Source: a virus (lineage: Duplodnaviria; Caudoviricetes). Taken from it: a stretch of 30,220 nt of DNA. The position numbers and the translations under genes were made by a program. Shown in pieces: positions 16,368 to 24,436 of this stretch (the first letter of the stretch is position 1; every line of letters starts with the position of its first letter). A model generated the notes under the pieces. The model saw only the letters and a program-made list of their open reading frames with translations. It ran no database searches and had not been told where the DNA came from. Location of the stretch: positions 1 to 30,220 of IMG/VR virus record IMGVR_UViG_3300025890_000087; one strand, written 5' to 3'.

Positions 16368-18170
16368 ATGGCAAAAACAGAATATATGGGTATTCAGATA
16401 GACTACTCACGAGATGATTTATTCGATAAGCTAGGAATACAAAGACTAAAAGAAAGTTACATGAAGGATGATGAAACATCTCCCCAGGAAAGATTTGCTT
16501 TTGTCAGTAAAACATTTGGCTCTAATCCAGAGCATGCTCAAAGACTATATGACTATGCTTCTAAGCACTGGTTATCCTATTCTACTCCTATTCTCTCTTT
16601 TGGCAGATCTAAAAACGGTATGCCAATATCTTGTTTCCTTAATTATATTAATGATACGGCCGAAGGTCTAGTTGAAAATCTATCTGAAACAAATTGGTTA
16701 TCTATGCTCGGCGGCGGTGTTGGGATTGGTTTTGGCATCCGTGGAGCCGATGATAAGTCTGTTGGTGTTATGCCTCATCTCAAGACTTACGATTCATCGT
16801 GCCTCGCATATCGCCAAGGACGCACTCGCCGCGGCTCTTACGCTACTTATTTGGATATATCTCACCCAGACGTTATAATGTTCTTGGAGATGCGTAAGCC
16901 TACTGGTGATCCAAACGTTCGTTGTTTAAATCTACACCACGGCATTAACATCACAGACCGGTTTATGGAAGTTGTAGAACGAGCTATGATGGATCCAGAT
17001 GCAGATGATGGTTGGAATCTTGTAGAACCACATTCTGGTCAGATCAAGGATACCGTATCTGCTAAAGCGTTATGGCAAAAGATCATCGAGCTTCGTATGG
17101 AGACTGGCGAACCATATATCCACTACATTGACGCATCTAATCGTGGACTACCCCAGTTCCAAAAAGACCTAGGCTTAAAGGTACATCAATCTAATCTTTG
17201 TTCAGAGATTATTCTAGCAACCAATGAAGAGCGTACAGCTGTTTGTTGTCTTTCGTCAGTTAACCTAGAGCATTATGACTCATGGAGTAAGAACTCGCAA
17301 TTCCTTAAAGATATGGCGGAAATGCTAGATAACGTCCTACAGTACTTTATTGATAATGCTCCGGACTCAGTTTCTCGTGCTAAATTCTCTGCCTTCCGTG
17401 AACGTAGTATCGGTGTTGGCGCTTTAGGATTCCATGCGTATCTACAAAGTAAAAATATCCCTTGGGAAAGTGCTATGGCAACTGGCGCTAACATTAGGAT
17501 GTTTAAGTATATAAGGAGCAAACTCGATGAAGCAAATATTGAACTGGGTACAGAACGCGGTAGTCCTCCCGATGCGGAAGGTACTGGTCAACGTTTTACT
17601 CATGTTATGGCTGTGGCTCCTAATGCTTCTAGCTCTATCATCATGGGGAATACTAGCCCTTCTATTGAGCCTTTTAGAGCTAATGCGTATCGCCAAGATA
17701 CGTTATCTGGATCCTTTCTTAACAAAAATAAGCAATTGGTGGCTCTAGTTAATCAGAAGATTGAAAACAAAGATACTAAGCTTACATCGGATGAAGTATG
17801 GAGTTCTATCATATCAAACGATGGATCGGTACAGCATCTAACATTCCTTGATGAATGGGAAAAAGACGTCTTTAAGACTGCTATGGAGATTGATCAACGC
17901 TGGTTAGTAGATCATGCTGCTAAGCGTCAGGAATATATAGATCAAGCTCAATCGCTTAATCTTTTCTTCCGTCCAGATTCAAATATTAAATACGTACATG
18001 CTGCACACTATCTGGCATGGAAACAAGGACTTAAATCACTTTACTACTGCCGATCAGAAAAGCTTGGTAAGGCAGATAAAGTGTCAAACAAAATTGAAAG
18101 GCAAATCATAAAAGAACTAGACATGAGTGCTCTAGTAAATGACGAACCCTGCTTAGCTTGCGAAGGATAA
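16368..18170 (+). CDS. nrdA: class I ribonucleotide reductase alpha subunit (short form, no ATP cone evident)
   Basis: ISCFL, SNLCSEI, CCLSS, APNASSS, SLYY and C-terminal CLACEG. Confidence 0.97.
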   Translation: MAKTEYMGIQIDYSRDDLFDKLGIQRLKESYMKDDETSPQERFAFVSKTFGSNPEHAQRLYDYASKHWLSYSTPILSFGRSKNGMPISCFLNYINDTAEGLVENLSETNWLSMLGGGVGIGFGIRGADDKSVGVMPHLKTYDSSCLAYRQGRTRRGSYATYLDISHPDVIMFLEMRKPTGDPNVRCLNLHHGINITDRFMEVVERAMMDPDADDGWNLVEPHSGQIKDTVSAKALWQKIIELRMETGEPYIHYIDASNRGLPQFQKDLGLKVHQSNLCSEIILATNEERTAVCCLSSVNLEHYDSWSKNSQFLKDMAEMLDNVLQYFIDNAPDSVSRAKFSAFRERSIGVGALGFHAYLQSKNIPWESAMATGANIRMFKYIRSKLDEANIELGTERGSPPDAEGTGQRFTHVMAVAPNASSSIIMGNTSPSIEPFRANAYRQDTLSGSFLNKNKQLVALVNQKIENKDTKLTSDEVWSSIISNDGSVQHLTFLDEWEKDVFKTAMEIDQRWLVDHAAKRQEYIDQAQSLNLFFRPDSNIKYVHAAHYLAWKQGLKSLYYCRSEKLGKADKVSNKIERQIIKELDMSALVNDEPCLACEG

Positions 18171-18173
18171 TAA

Positions 18174-19154
18174 ATGTCACAGTTAAAAATAACAGATGAA
18201 AGATCTTACTTTAAGCCGTTTAACTATGCATGGGCATATGACGCATGGCTTAAGCATGAGCAAAGCCATTGGTTACACACAGAAGTACCTATGTCAGAAG
18301 ATGTTAAAGATTGGCACAATAAGGTATCCGATACAGAAAAGGGATTCCTGACTAATATCTTCCGATTCTTTACACAGGGTGATATTGATGTTGCTGGAGG
18401 ATATGTTAACAACTATCTTCCACATTTTCCCCAGCCTGAAGTTCGTATGATGCTTATGGGATTCGCAGCCCGTGAGGCGCTCCACGTGGCCGCCTACAGC
18501 CATTTAATTGAAACTTTGGGTATGCCTGAGTCTACGTACAATGAATTTCTAGAATACGAAGCAATGGCTAATAAGCATGAGTACTTCTTAGACCTATCTA
18601 ACGATTCTCAGGATAGGGGTACAATTGCTACTAATATTGCTGCTTTCTCTGCGTTTACTGAAGGTATGCAACTCTTCTCATCATTCATTATGCTACTCAA
18701 CTTCCCTCGTCACGGCAAGATGAAGGGTATGGGTCAGATCATTACATGGTCTATTGTTGATGAAACAATGCATGCTGAGAATATGATTAAGTTATTCCGT
18801 ACGTACGTGCAAGAGAATAACGACATATGGAACGATGAACTGAAAGGTAAGATTTACACTATCGCCGAGCGTATGGTTGAGCTAGAAGATAAGTTTATCG
18901 ATCTATCATTCTCTATGGGAGATATGGAGAATCTATCAGCTGAAGATGTTAAGAAGTATATTCGTTATATCTGTGACCGCAGACTAATTAGCTTAGGCTT
19001 AAAGGGTATATTCAAAATTAAAAAGAATCCACTGCTTTGGGTAGAGGAAATGATTAACGCTCCTACCCATACTAATTTCTTTGAGAACCGAGCTACGGAT
19101 TATGCTCGTGGTGCACTGACAGGCGACTGGAAAGACATTTGGGGGAACAGTTAA
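18174..19154 (+). CDS. nrdB: class I ribonucleotide reductase beta subunit
   Basis: FFTQGD, REALHVAAYS, EGMQLFSSF, DETMH and NFFE.R.TDY. Confidence 0.97.
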   Translation: MSQLKITDERSYFKPFNYAWAYDAWLKHEQSHWLHTEVPMSEDVKDWHNKVSDTEKGFLTNIFRFFTQGDIDVAGGYVNNYLPHFPQPEVRMMLMGFAAREALHVAAYSHLIETLGMPESTYNEFLEYEAMANKHEYFLDLSNDSQDRGTIATNIAAFSAFTEGMQLFSSFIMLLNFPRHGKMKGMGQIITWSIVDETMHAENMIKLFRTYVQENNDIWNDELKGKIYTIAERMVELEDKFIDLSFSMGDMENLSAEDVKKYIRYICDRRLISLGLKGIFKIKKNPLLWVEEMINAPTHTNFFENRATDYARGALTGDWKDIWGNS

Positions 19155-19291
19155 TGAAGCTAACTTGTAGTTCTTGCTCTATTACATATAGAGTTATATC
19201 AGACGAAGCAGAGTATGAAGATATAGAACCAATATTTTGTCCATTCTGTTCTGAAGAGCACGAAGAGGAGCTAGATTTCAACGACGATTAA
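19154..19291 (+). CDS. small zinc-ribbon protein (45 aa, not in ORF track)
   Basis: MKLTCSSC...FCPFCSEEHEEELDFNDD; TAATG coupling to nrdB. Confidence 0.75.
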   Translation: MKLTCSSCSITYRVISDEAEYEDIEPIFCPFCSEEHEEELDFNDD

Positions 19292-19296
19292 TGAGG

Positions 19297-19329
19297 CATA
19301 AATAGTTCATATAACAACTATATGGACTA
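19297..19329 (+). promoter_or_regulatory. late promoter plus RBS-sequestering hairpin
   Basis: CATAAATA (19297-19304) overlaps the stem tagttcatata-acaac-tatatggacta, which covers GGA just before ATG 19333. Confidence 0.75.
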
Positions 19330-19332
19330 CCT

Positions 19333-19758
19333 ATGAATCAATGGCTATATGAAGATAAGATATACGAACCACCTGAGGAAATGGACCCTAAAGAAATCTA
19401 CGGGTTCGTATATCTGATTGAGAACCTTAAGAACGGCAGGAAGTATATAGGTAAAAAACTATTTTGGTCTATGAAGTCTAAGCAAGTTAAAGGCAAAAAG
19501 AAGAAGTATAAGGCAGAGTCAGACTGGAAGAAGTATCACGGATCATCTGGGGAGTTAACAGAGGATCTAGAGAAATTCGGCAAAGAAAACTTTAAAAGAA
19601 CTATATTGCATCTATGCAAGACTAAGTCTGAATGCTCCTACATGGAGTTAAAAGAACAGATTGAAAGGGATGCAATACTGCGAGAAGACTATTATAACGC
19701 ATGGATTCAAGTTAGGATCCGTAAAGCACATCTGAGGCATATTCACATTGACTGCTGA
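19333..19758 (+). CDS. GIY-YIG family endonuclease
   Basis: YGFVYLIENLKNGRKYIGKK, Y.GSS, E.....I and YYN motifs. Confidence 0.85.
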   Translation: MNQWLYEDKIYEPPEEMDPKEIYGFVYLIENLKNGRKYIGKKLFWSMKSKQVKGKKKKYKAESDWKKYHGSSGELTEDLEKFGKENFKRTILHLCKTKSECSYMELKEQIERDAILREDYYNAWIQVRIRKAHLRHIHIDC

Positions 19759-20083
19759 TATAATAACATTTCCAGGCAAAAATCCCCAACCTGAAAAAAG
19801 GTTTAACGCTATTGATAACGAAGAAATGGGTTGTCCGCATATGGCATTAGCCACACGAGCCATTGACGCATTAGTCTTTGAGCTTATGGAAGCTGGTTAT
19901 GATCCTCTTGCCGGTACAGGAATGATAGAGGATCTTTCAGTAGTACTAAACTCTACCTATGCTATGTTACTTAGGGAAAATGGTAGGTATCATGTACTTC
20001 ATCCTATGATGGAGGATATGGCTAATTACCTAGCTGGTCTAAAAAAACAAATGGACGATCACTCAGGATTATTCGAGGAATAA
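19748..20083 (+). CDS. hypothetical protein
   Basis: TTG start after GAGG; IITFP N-terminal motif. Confidence 0.65.
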   Translation: MTADIITFPGKNPQPEKRFNAIDNEEMGCPHMALATRAIDALVFELMEAGYDPLAGTGMIEDLSVVLNSTYAMLLRENGRYHVLHPMMEDMANYLAGLKKQMDDHSGLFEE

Positions 20084-20086
20084 CTA

Positions 20087-20335
20087 ATGAGCTTAAAGAA
20101 CTGGTGGTACACCCTTATTAAAGAAGAATGGGAGCTTAGATTCTCAGTACCAGCATCAGAAGCAGAGATATTGCCAGATGGTACTCGGATAGAGCATACT
20201 ATAGAAAAGGTCTTCCGTTTAAAGAAGATGATAAAAATAAAGCCAGACCACTTTATCTTTATAGACACTGAAGACCATCGGCAGGAGATTAACCTAACTT
20301 CTCCTGTATCCTATTCTATTAAGAAGATATACTAG
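20087..20335 (+). CDS. hypothetical protein
   Basis: GAGG SD; compact ORF in the operon. Confidence 0.7.
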   Translation: MSLKNWWYTLIKEEWELRFSVPASEAEILPDGTRIEHTIEKVFRLKKMIKIKPDHFIFIDTEDHRQEINLTSPVSYSIKKIY

Positions 20336-20339
20336 GGGA

Positions 20340-20368
20340 TTTACAACTCGTAAAAAGTGTGATATAAT
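20340..20368 (+). promoter_or_regulatory. sigma70-type promoter upstream of rnh
   Basis: GGGGA-TTTACA-17bp-TATAAT. Confidence 0.75.
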
Positions 20369-20390
20369 ATATTATTAAATCGTAAAAAGT

Positions 20391-21248
20391 GTGAGACAGA
20401 TGATTATCCTAGATTATAACGCTATTGCCATAGCTAACATCGTTGTACAAAAAGTAGCAATTGACGAAGATATGATTCGCCATATGATACTTAACTCTAT
20501 AAGGATGTACAACAAAAAGTTTCGTGATCAGTACGGTCAAATGGTTATTGCCAATGACTCCTCTAACTGGCGCAAAGACGTCTTTCCCCAATATAAACAT
20601 TCCCGCAAGTCTAACCGTGAAGCCTCGACGATAGATTGGCCTGAGGTCTTCCGTATTATTAATTTGGTCTTTGAAGAGATCGGGAATAACCTACCATATA
20701 AGACTGTCCGCGTAACAGGCTGTGAGGCAGACGATATTATTGGTGCACTCGTAGAAAGAACCCAAGAGTTTGGTAAGCATGACGAAGTAATGATTGTATC
20801 TGCTGATAAGGACTTTATACAGCTACAAAAATATAACAACGTACGCCAGTTCTCGCCTATGACTAAGAAGTTTATAGAGCATTCCGATCCTGCTGAATAC
20901 CTATTTGAGCATATTCTTAAAGGTGATTCTGGCGATGGTGTACCTAACGTCTTAAGTCCTGATAATACCTTCTCTGATAGTATTAGACAATCGCCTATGA
21001 CCAAGAAAAAAATAGAGTCATACCGTGTTCCAGCAGATCAGCTTCCTAAAGTTATGGGTCAAGAGATATACCGTAACTATTGCAGAAACAAGAGAATGAT
21101 TGATCTAACTCAGACACCAGCCTGGCTTGTAGAAGAGATAAATAAAACTTACGAAGAGAGTAAACCAGCACATCAGTCTAAGGTGCTAAACTATTTAATT
21201 AAAAAGCGCTGTAAGATGCTAATCGAATGCGCAGGAGAGTTTTTATAA
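20391..21248 (+). CDS. rnh: T4-type RNase H / 5'-3' flap exonuclease
   Basis: WRK..FP.YK..R, EADDIIG, SADKDFIQL and KGDSGDGVPN. Confidence 0.93.
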   Translation: MRQMIILDYNAIAIANIVVQKVAIDEDMIRHMILNSIRMYNKKFRDQYGQMVIANDSSNWRKDVFPQYKHSRKSNREASTIDWPEVFRIINLVFEEIGNNLPYKTVRVTGCEADDIIGALVERTQEFGKHDEVMIVSADKDFIQLQKYNNVRQFSPMTKKFIEHSDPAEYLFEHILKGDSGDGVPNVLSPDNTFSDSIRQSPMTKKKIESYRVPADQLPKVMGQEIYRNYCRNKRMIDLTQTPAWLVEEINKTYEESKPAHQSKVLNYLIKKRCKMLIECAGEFL

Positions 21249-21703
21249 TGGGTCTATATGTTTACGAAGTATTAGAAAAAGCTGCAGCGGCACAGACCAA
21301 GGAAGAAAAGGTTAAGATTCTAAAAGATAATAACAGTCTAGCTCTTCGTACTATTCTACAGGGTGGGATGGATTCGAGTGTCGAGTTTGCACTACCTGAA
21401 GGAGCACCACCGTTAGACCTTGATGAAGCTGGCAAATGGGGATATACTACCTCAGCTATTCAACGAGCCGCTAAAAACTTTAAGTACTTTGTTAAGAACG
21501 GGCCTGGTGATAAGATGTCTAATATCCGTAGAGAAAAGATGTTCTTAGATACCCTAGAAACCCTACATCCAAAAGAAGCCGAATTGGTTGTTCTTATGAA
21601 GGATAAGAAGTTTATCCATAAAACGGGAACAGCTCATTTCAAAGGTATTACCCGCAAACTAGTTCTTGAAGCATTCCCTAATTTGTTGCGTGATGAAATG
21701 TAG
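21248..21703 (+). CDS. conserved T4-like hypothetical protein
   Basis: EKVKILK.N...LR, LPEG.PP and RREKMF...LE.LHP.EA; TAATG coupling to rnh. Confidence 0.8.
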   Translation: MGLYVYEVLEKAAAAQTKEEKVKILKDNNSLALRTILQGGMDSSVEFALPEGAPPLDLDEAGKWGYTTSAIQRAAKNFKYFVKNGPGDKMSNIRREKMFLDTLETLHPKEAELVVLMKDKKFIHKTGTAHFKGITRKLVLEAFPNLLRDEM

Positions 21704-21708
21704 AATTC

Positions 21709-21716
21709 TATAAATA
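21709..21716 (+). promoter_or_regulatory. T4 late promoter
   Basis: Exact TATAAATA in intergenic DNA. Confidence 0.7.
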
Positions 21717-21747
21717 AAATTATGAGAGAAATATATAACTCATAAGC

Positions 21748-21788
21748 AAAAGGATCTAGTTTCTTAATTGAGGCTATGATCCTTTTTT
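21748..21788 (+). terminator. stem-loop with U-tract (terminator/attenuator-like)
   Basis: aaaaggatc-tagtttc-ttaatt-gaggcta-t-gatcctttttt. Confidence 0.55.
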
Positions 21789-21866
21789 AGTTTTTACAAT
21801 CAGAAAAGGAGGACCCCCACCCTAATACATTTCATCATCTCATTAACTAATTAGAGGCAAGCCCAT

Positions 21867-22043
21867 ATGTCCTATGGACCACAGGTGGAACGACTAAAAA
21901 AAGATTCTAGAGAATTGGAGTATTTTATGAGAAAGTTGCAGAAGTCCGGTAATACCGACAAAGCACACGCTATCCAGAAAAAGAGAGAATACCTAGACAG
22001 CAGAATAGAAGAAATGCAGGAAGACTTAGCAACTTTACATTAG
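21867..22043 (+). CDS. small coiled-coil protein (58 aa, not in ORF track)
   Basis: GAGG SD; MSYGPQVERLKKDSRELEYFMRKLQKSG...EDLATLH. Confidence 0.7.
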   Translation: MSYGPQVERLKKDSRELEYFMRKLQKSGNTDKAHAIQKKREYLDSRIEEMQEDLATLH

Positions 22044-22060
22044 GGGAAGGCTTATCACGG

Positions 22061-22087
22061 GGGCTAATAGAAATATTAGCCCTTTTT
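22061..22087 (+). terminator. Rho-independent terminator
   Basis: gggctaata-GAAA-tattagccc-ttttt. Confidence 0.9.
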
Positions 22088-22091
22088 AGTG

Positions 22092-22275
22092 CGTTACGAT
22101 CTATTACGATTTAGTGGTATACAAAGGGGCTAATCTTTGGTATAATACTCATATAAATTAAAAAAAGAGACCAAACCGTTAGGCAATACCCCGTTACGAT
22201 CTATTACGATTTAGGGGTATACAGAAAGTCAAAACAGCGGTATAATACTCACGTAAATTAAACAAAGGACCAAAA
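22092..22275 (+). repeat. two tandem promoter cassettes, 100-bp period
   Basis: Each copy reads cgttacgatctattacgatttag-g-gTATACA-17bp-TATAATactca..taaatta..a-rich SD; -10 boxes at 22141 and 22241. Confidence 0.9.
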
Positions 22276-22277
22276 AA

Positions 22278-22646
22278 ATGACTAAACTTTATGATGCACT
22301 TCTCGCCTCACGCCTAGCTAACCTCTGTGTTCAGATCCAGGAAGACTATGAAGCAACCTTCGAGAAGATGGCAGATTGGGAAAAAGGTCTAGAAAAAGAA
22401 CAGGATCTATCACGAAATAAGATGATAGAGGATTTCCGCTCTGGTCTATCAATTACTAAAGGATCAAAATATCTTAAGATTGTTACTAACGGTTCAGTTT
22501 GGGGATTCGTTCAGCGTAACGATTGTGAAAAGTTTAAGGGTGGGGACATCCTAATGGCTAAGTCTTGGAACTCACCAGCAACAAACTTCGCGCGGGGTAA
22601 CGTGTTCGCGGACAACAACAAGATCCGTTGGAACGGAACGGCTTAG
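22278..22646 (+). CDS. conserved hypothetical early protein
   Basis: KYLKIV..GSVWGFV...GDILMAKSWNSPA.N.ARGNV; AAGGA SD. Confidence 0.8.
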   Translation: MTKLYDALLASRLANLCVQIQEDYEATFEKMADWEKGLEKEQDLSRNKMIEDFRSGLSITKGSKYLKIVTNGSVWGFVQRNDCEKFKGGDILMAKSWNSPATNFARGNVFADNNKIRWNGTA

Positions 22647-22662
22647 TTTAAAGGAATATATT

Positions 22663-23241
22663 ATGATAAAAGAAAAAGTTATATTAACAGATTGTGATGG
22701 TGTACTGCTCGATTGGGAGTACCACTTTCACCGTTGGATGGCTAAGAAGGGGTTCGAAAAGAACAACAAGGTTAGCTACAAGGTTGATGAGATGTACGAT
22801 ATCTCTCGTACAGAGTCTAAGCATATCATCAAGCACTTTAACGAAAGCGCAGAAATCGCTTTCCTATCACCGCTTCGCGATGCTATTAAGTACGTTCGTA
22901 AGCTTCACGAAGAACACGGATATATATTTCATTGTATTACTTCTCTGTCTAACAACCCAGCAGCTCAAGAGCTACGTAAAAAGAACCTAGAGAATGTTTT
23001 TGGTAATGTCTTTGAAGAATATGTAATACTTGGATGTGGCTACGATAAGGACGAAGCTTTAGAACCTTATCGTGATACTGGATGTTATTGGGTAGAAGAT
23101 AAAATAGAGAATGCCGATCTAGGACATACTCTTGGTCTACACTCTTTATTGGTTGGTCACTCACACAACGGAGATTATAAAGGTCCTGTTACAAGAGTAC
23201 ATGATTGGAAGTCAATCTATAATATTATTACTGGAGAATAG
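22663..23241 (+). CDS. HAD-superfamily 5'(3')-nucleotidase-like protein (T4 30.2-like)
   Basis: DCDGVL (DxD), ITS, K and WVEDK..N motifs. Confidence 0.85.
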   Translation: MIKEKVILTDCDGVLLDWEYHFHRWMAKKGFEKNNKVSYKVDEMYDISRTESKHIIKHFNESAEIAFLSPLRDAIKYVRKLHEEHGYIFHCITSLSNNPAAQELRKKNLENVFGNVFEEYVILGCGYDKDEALEPYRDTGCYWVEDKIENADLGHTLGLHSLLVGHSHNGDYKGPVTRVHDWKSIYNIITGE

Positions 23242-23242
23242 A

Positions 23243-23446
23243 ATGATTATTGAAAATGGTAAGATCGATCCGAAAGTACACAATCTACTTCGCGGTATGC
23301 TTAACCCAGAAAAGTATGGAAATGCAGTAACAGCAGAAGTTCGTGATGAGGTTCGTGCCTTATTAGGTATGAATCGTGTAGAGCAAACCCTATATGCAAC
23401 CAATCTTAAGAACGTTAAGATAGATCAATTTGGAAATTATTGCTAA
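23243..23446 (+). CDS. hypothetical protein
   Basis: ATG at 23243 after GGAG; L.PEKYG.AVT.EVRD. Confidence 0.7.
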   Translation: MIIENGKIDPKVHNLLRGMLNPEKYGNAVTAEVRDEVRALLGMNRVEQTLYATNLKNVKIDQFGNYC

Positions 23447-23516
23447 TAAGTTGGCATTAATATTTACGTTACTCTTAGTAACACGCATATATACTACTGT
23501 TAAAAGAGATATTCTT

Positions 23517-23906
23517 ATGAAAAAATGGCTTTTAATCGGTTCATTGTTACCAAGTATTGCTTTAGCAGATGTGGTTGTTGTTGGTACTACACCACGTTAT
23601 GTTACAATATACCAAAAACAATGTACTGTTCAAGATGTTCTAGTAGATAATTCTGGTGCATCTTCTATTGTTGGTGGTGTAATTGGCGGTGTCCTAGGGC
23701 ATCAAGTTGGTAACGGATCAGGTAAAACTGCAGCTACAATCGCTGGAGCAATTATCGGTTCAAACGTAGCCAAGAACAAATCACAGCAAAGAATCGTTTC
23801 AAAGGAATTCTGTGAAGAGGTTCCGATCCAAGTACAGAAAGGCGAAACAGTTACCTTTGAGTACAAGGGAAGACTCTTTAGACATACCTTTGAAAAACTG
23901 TTCTAA
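23517..23906 (+). CDS. glycine-zipper 2TM domain exported protein
   Basis: Signal peptide MKKWLL...ALA and GGVIGGVLGHQVGNGSGKTAATIAGAIIG. Confidence 0.85.
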   Translation: MKKWLLIGSLLPSIALADVVVVGTTPRYVTIYQKQCTVQDVLVDNSGASSIVGGVIGGVLGHQVGNGSGKTAATIAGAIIGSNVAKNKSQQRIVSKEFCEEVPIQVQKGETVTFEYKGRLFRHTFEKLF

Positions 23907-24225
23907 TTCGTTGAAGCATGTAATAGGAAGTTTGGACGCCGGTGCAACTCCGGCCGCCTCCACCAAGAAGACATTTAGAAAGTGTATTGGGTGTGGTAAA
24001 GACTTTGTTTTGGTCTTAGATCTACCCCAAGTTACACACTGTTCTTATAAGTGTCTTGTTGATGGGGGCGTTTTAGATTCGACAGACAACTGAAAGCATG
24101 TGGAGAATAGGTGCGGGAGCTACCTTAAATGCAACAAACTTAATAAATGCAAACGATGAAGCATTTGCTCTAGCCGCATAGGTTAGATGAGGTATGGGTA
24201 CCGCCTTATAATCAAATGGACCCAA
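23897..24225 (+). ncRNA. ssrA: circularly permuted (two-piece) tmRNA
   Basis: T-arm gccgg-tgcaact-ccggc and cgcctccACCA (ending 23965) precede the 5' end GGGGGCG (24064), giving a G3:U pair. Then D-loop tagattcgac, tag ORF GCA AAC GAT GAA GCA TTT GCT CTA GCC GCA TAG (24149-24181, ANDEAFALAA) and a 3' pseudoknot. Confidence 0.93.
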
Positions 24226-24284
24226 TGCTACACCAAGCAAACCTTAACTAAAAATCCTCACAAGGGATCAATCTGGAGAAAAAA

Positions 24285-24392
24285 ATGAAAAAGCGAGAAA
24301 TCGCGTTACAAGTAATGACTAATGTATTTGTACCAGTTGTTGCTATGATGTTAATCATTACTTTACCATTTACTACTGCTGGATTAATTTAA
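24285..24392 (+). CDS. small membrane protein (35 aa, not in ORF track)
   Basis: GGAG SD; MKKREIALQVMTNVFVPVVAMMLIITLPFTTAGLI. Confidence 0.6.
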   Translation: MKKREIALQVMTNVFVPVVAMMLIITLPFTTAGLI

Positions 24393-24400
24393 TTTAGCAG

Positions 24401-24429
24401 TATACAGCTTAATTGATTTGTGGTATAAT
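24401..24429 (+). promoter_or_regulatory. sigma70-type promoter
   Basis: G-TATACA-17bp-TATAAT with TG extended -10. Confidence 0.75.
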
Positions 24430-24436
24430 ATACATT

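Noticed and set aside
16368-19154. Intron or intein in nrdA/nrdB
   Set aside because: Both ORFs are continuous, of normal length, and have all catalytic motifs in order.
22093-22110. Pho box (given phoH in the window)
   Set aside because: The TTACGAT unit and 10-bp period do not match the CTGTCAT 11-bp-period consensus, and it is not upstream of phoH.
23934-23965. Standalone tRNA or integration-site tRNA fragment
   Set aside because: There is no anticodon arm upstream. Its acceptor partner lies downstream at 24064 followed by a tag ORF, so it is explained as permuted tmRNA.
23812-24093. 93-aa + strand ORF as a real gene
   Set aside because: It overlaps the glycine-zipper CDS out of frame and the whole tRNA-like domain of the tmRNA, and has no SD. 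Only its Cys motif is kept as a curiosity.
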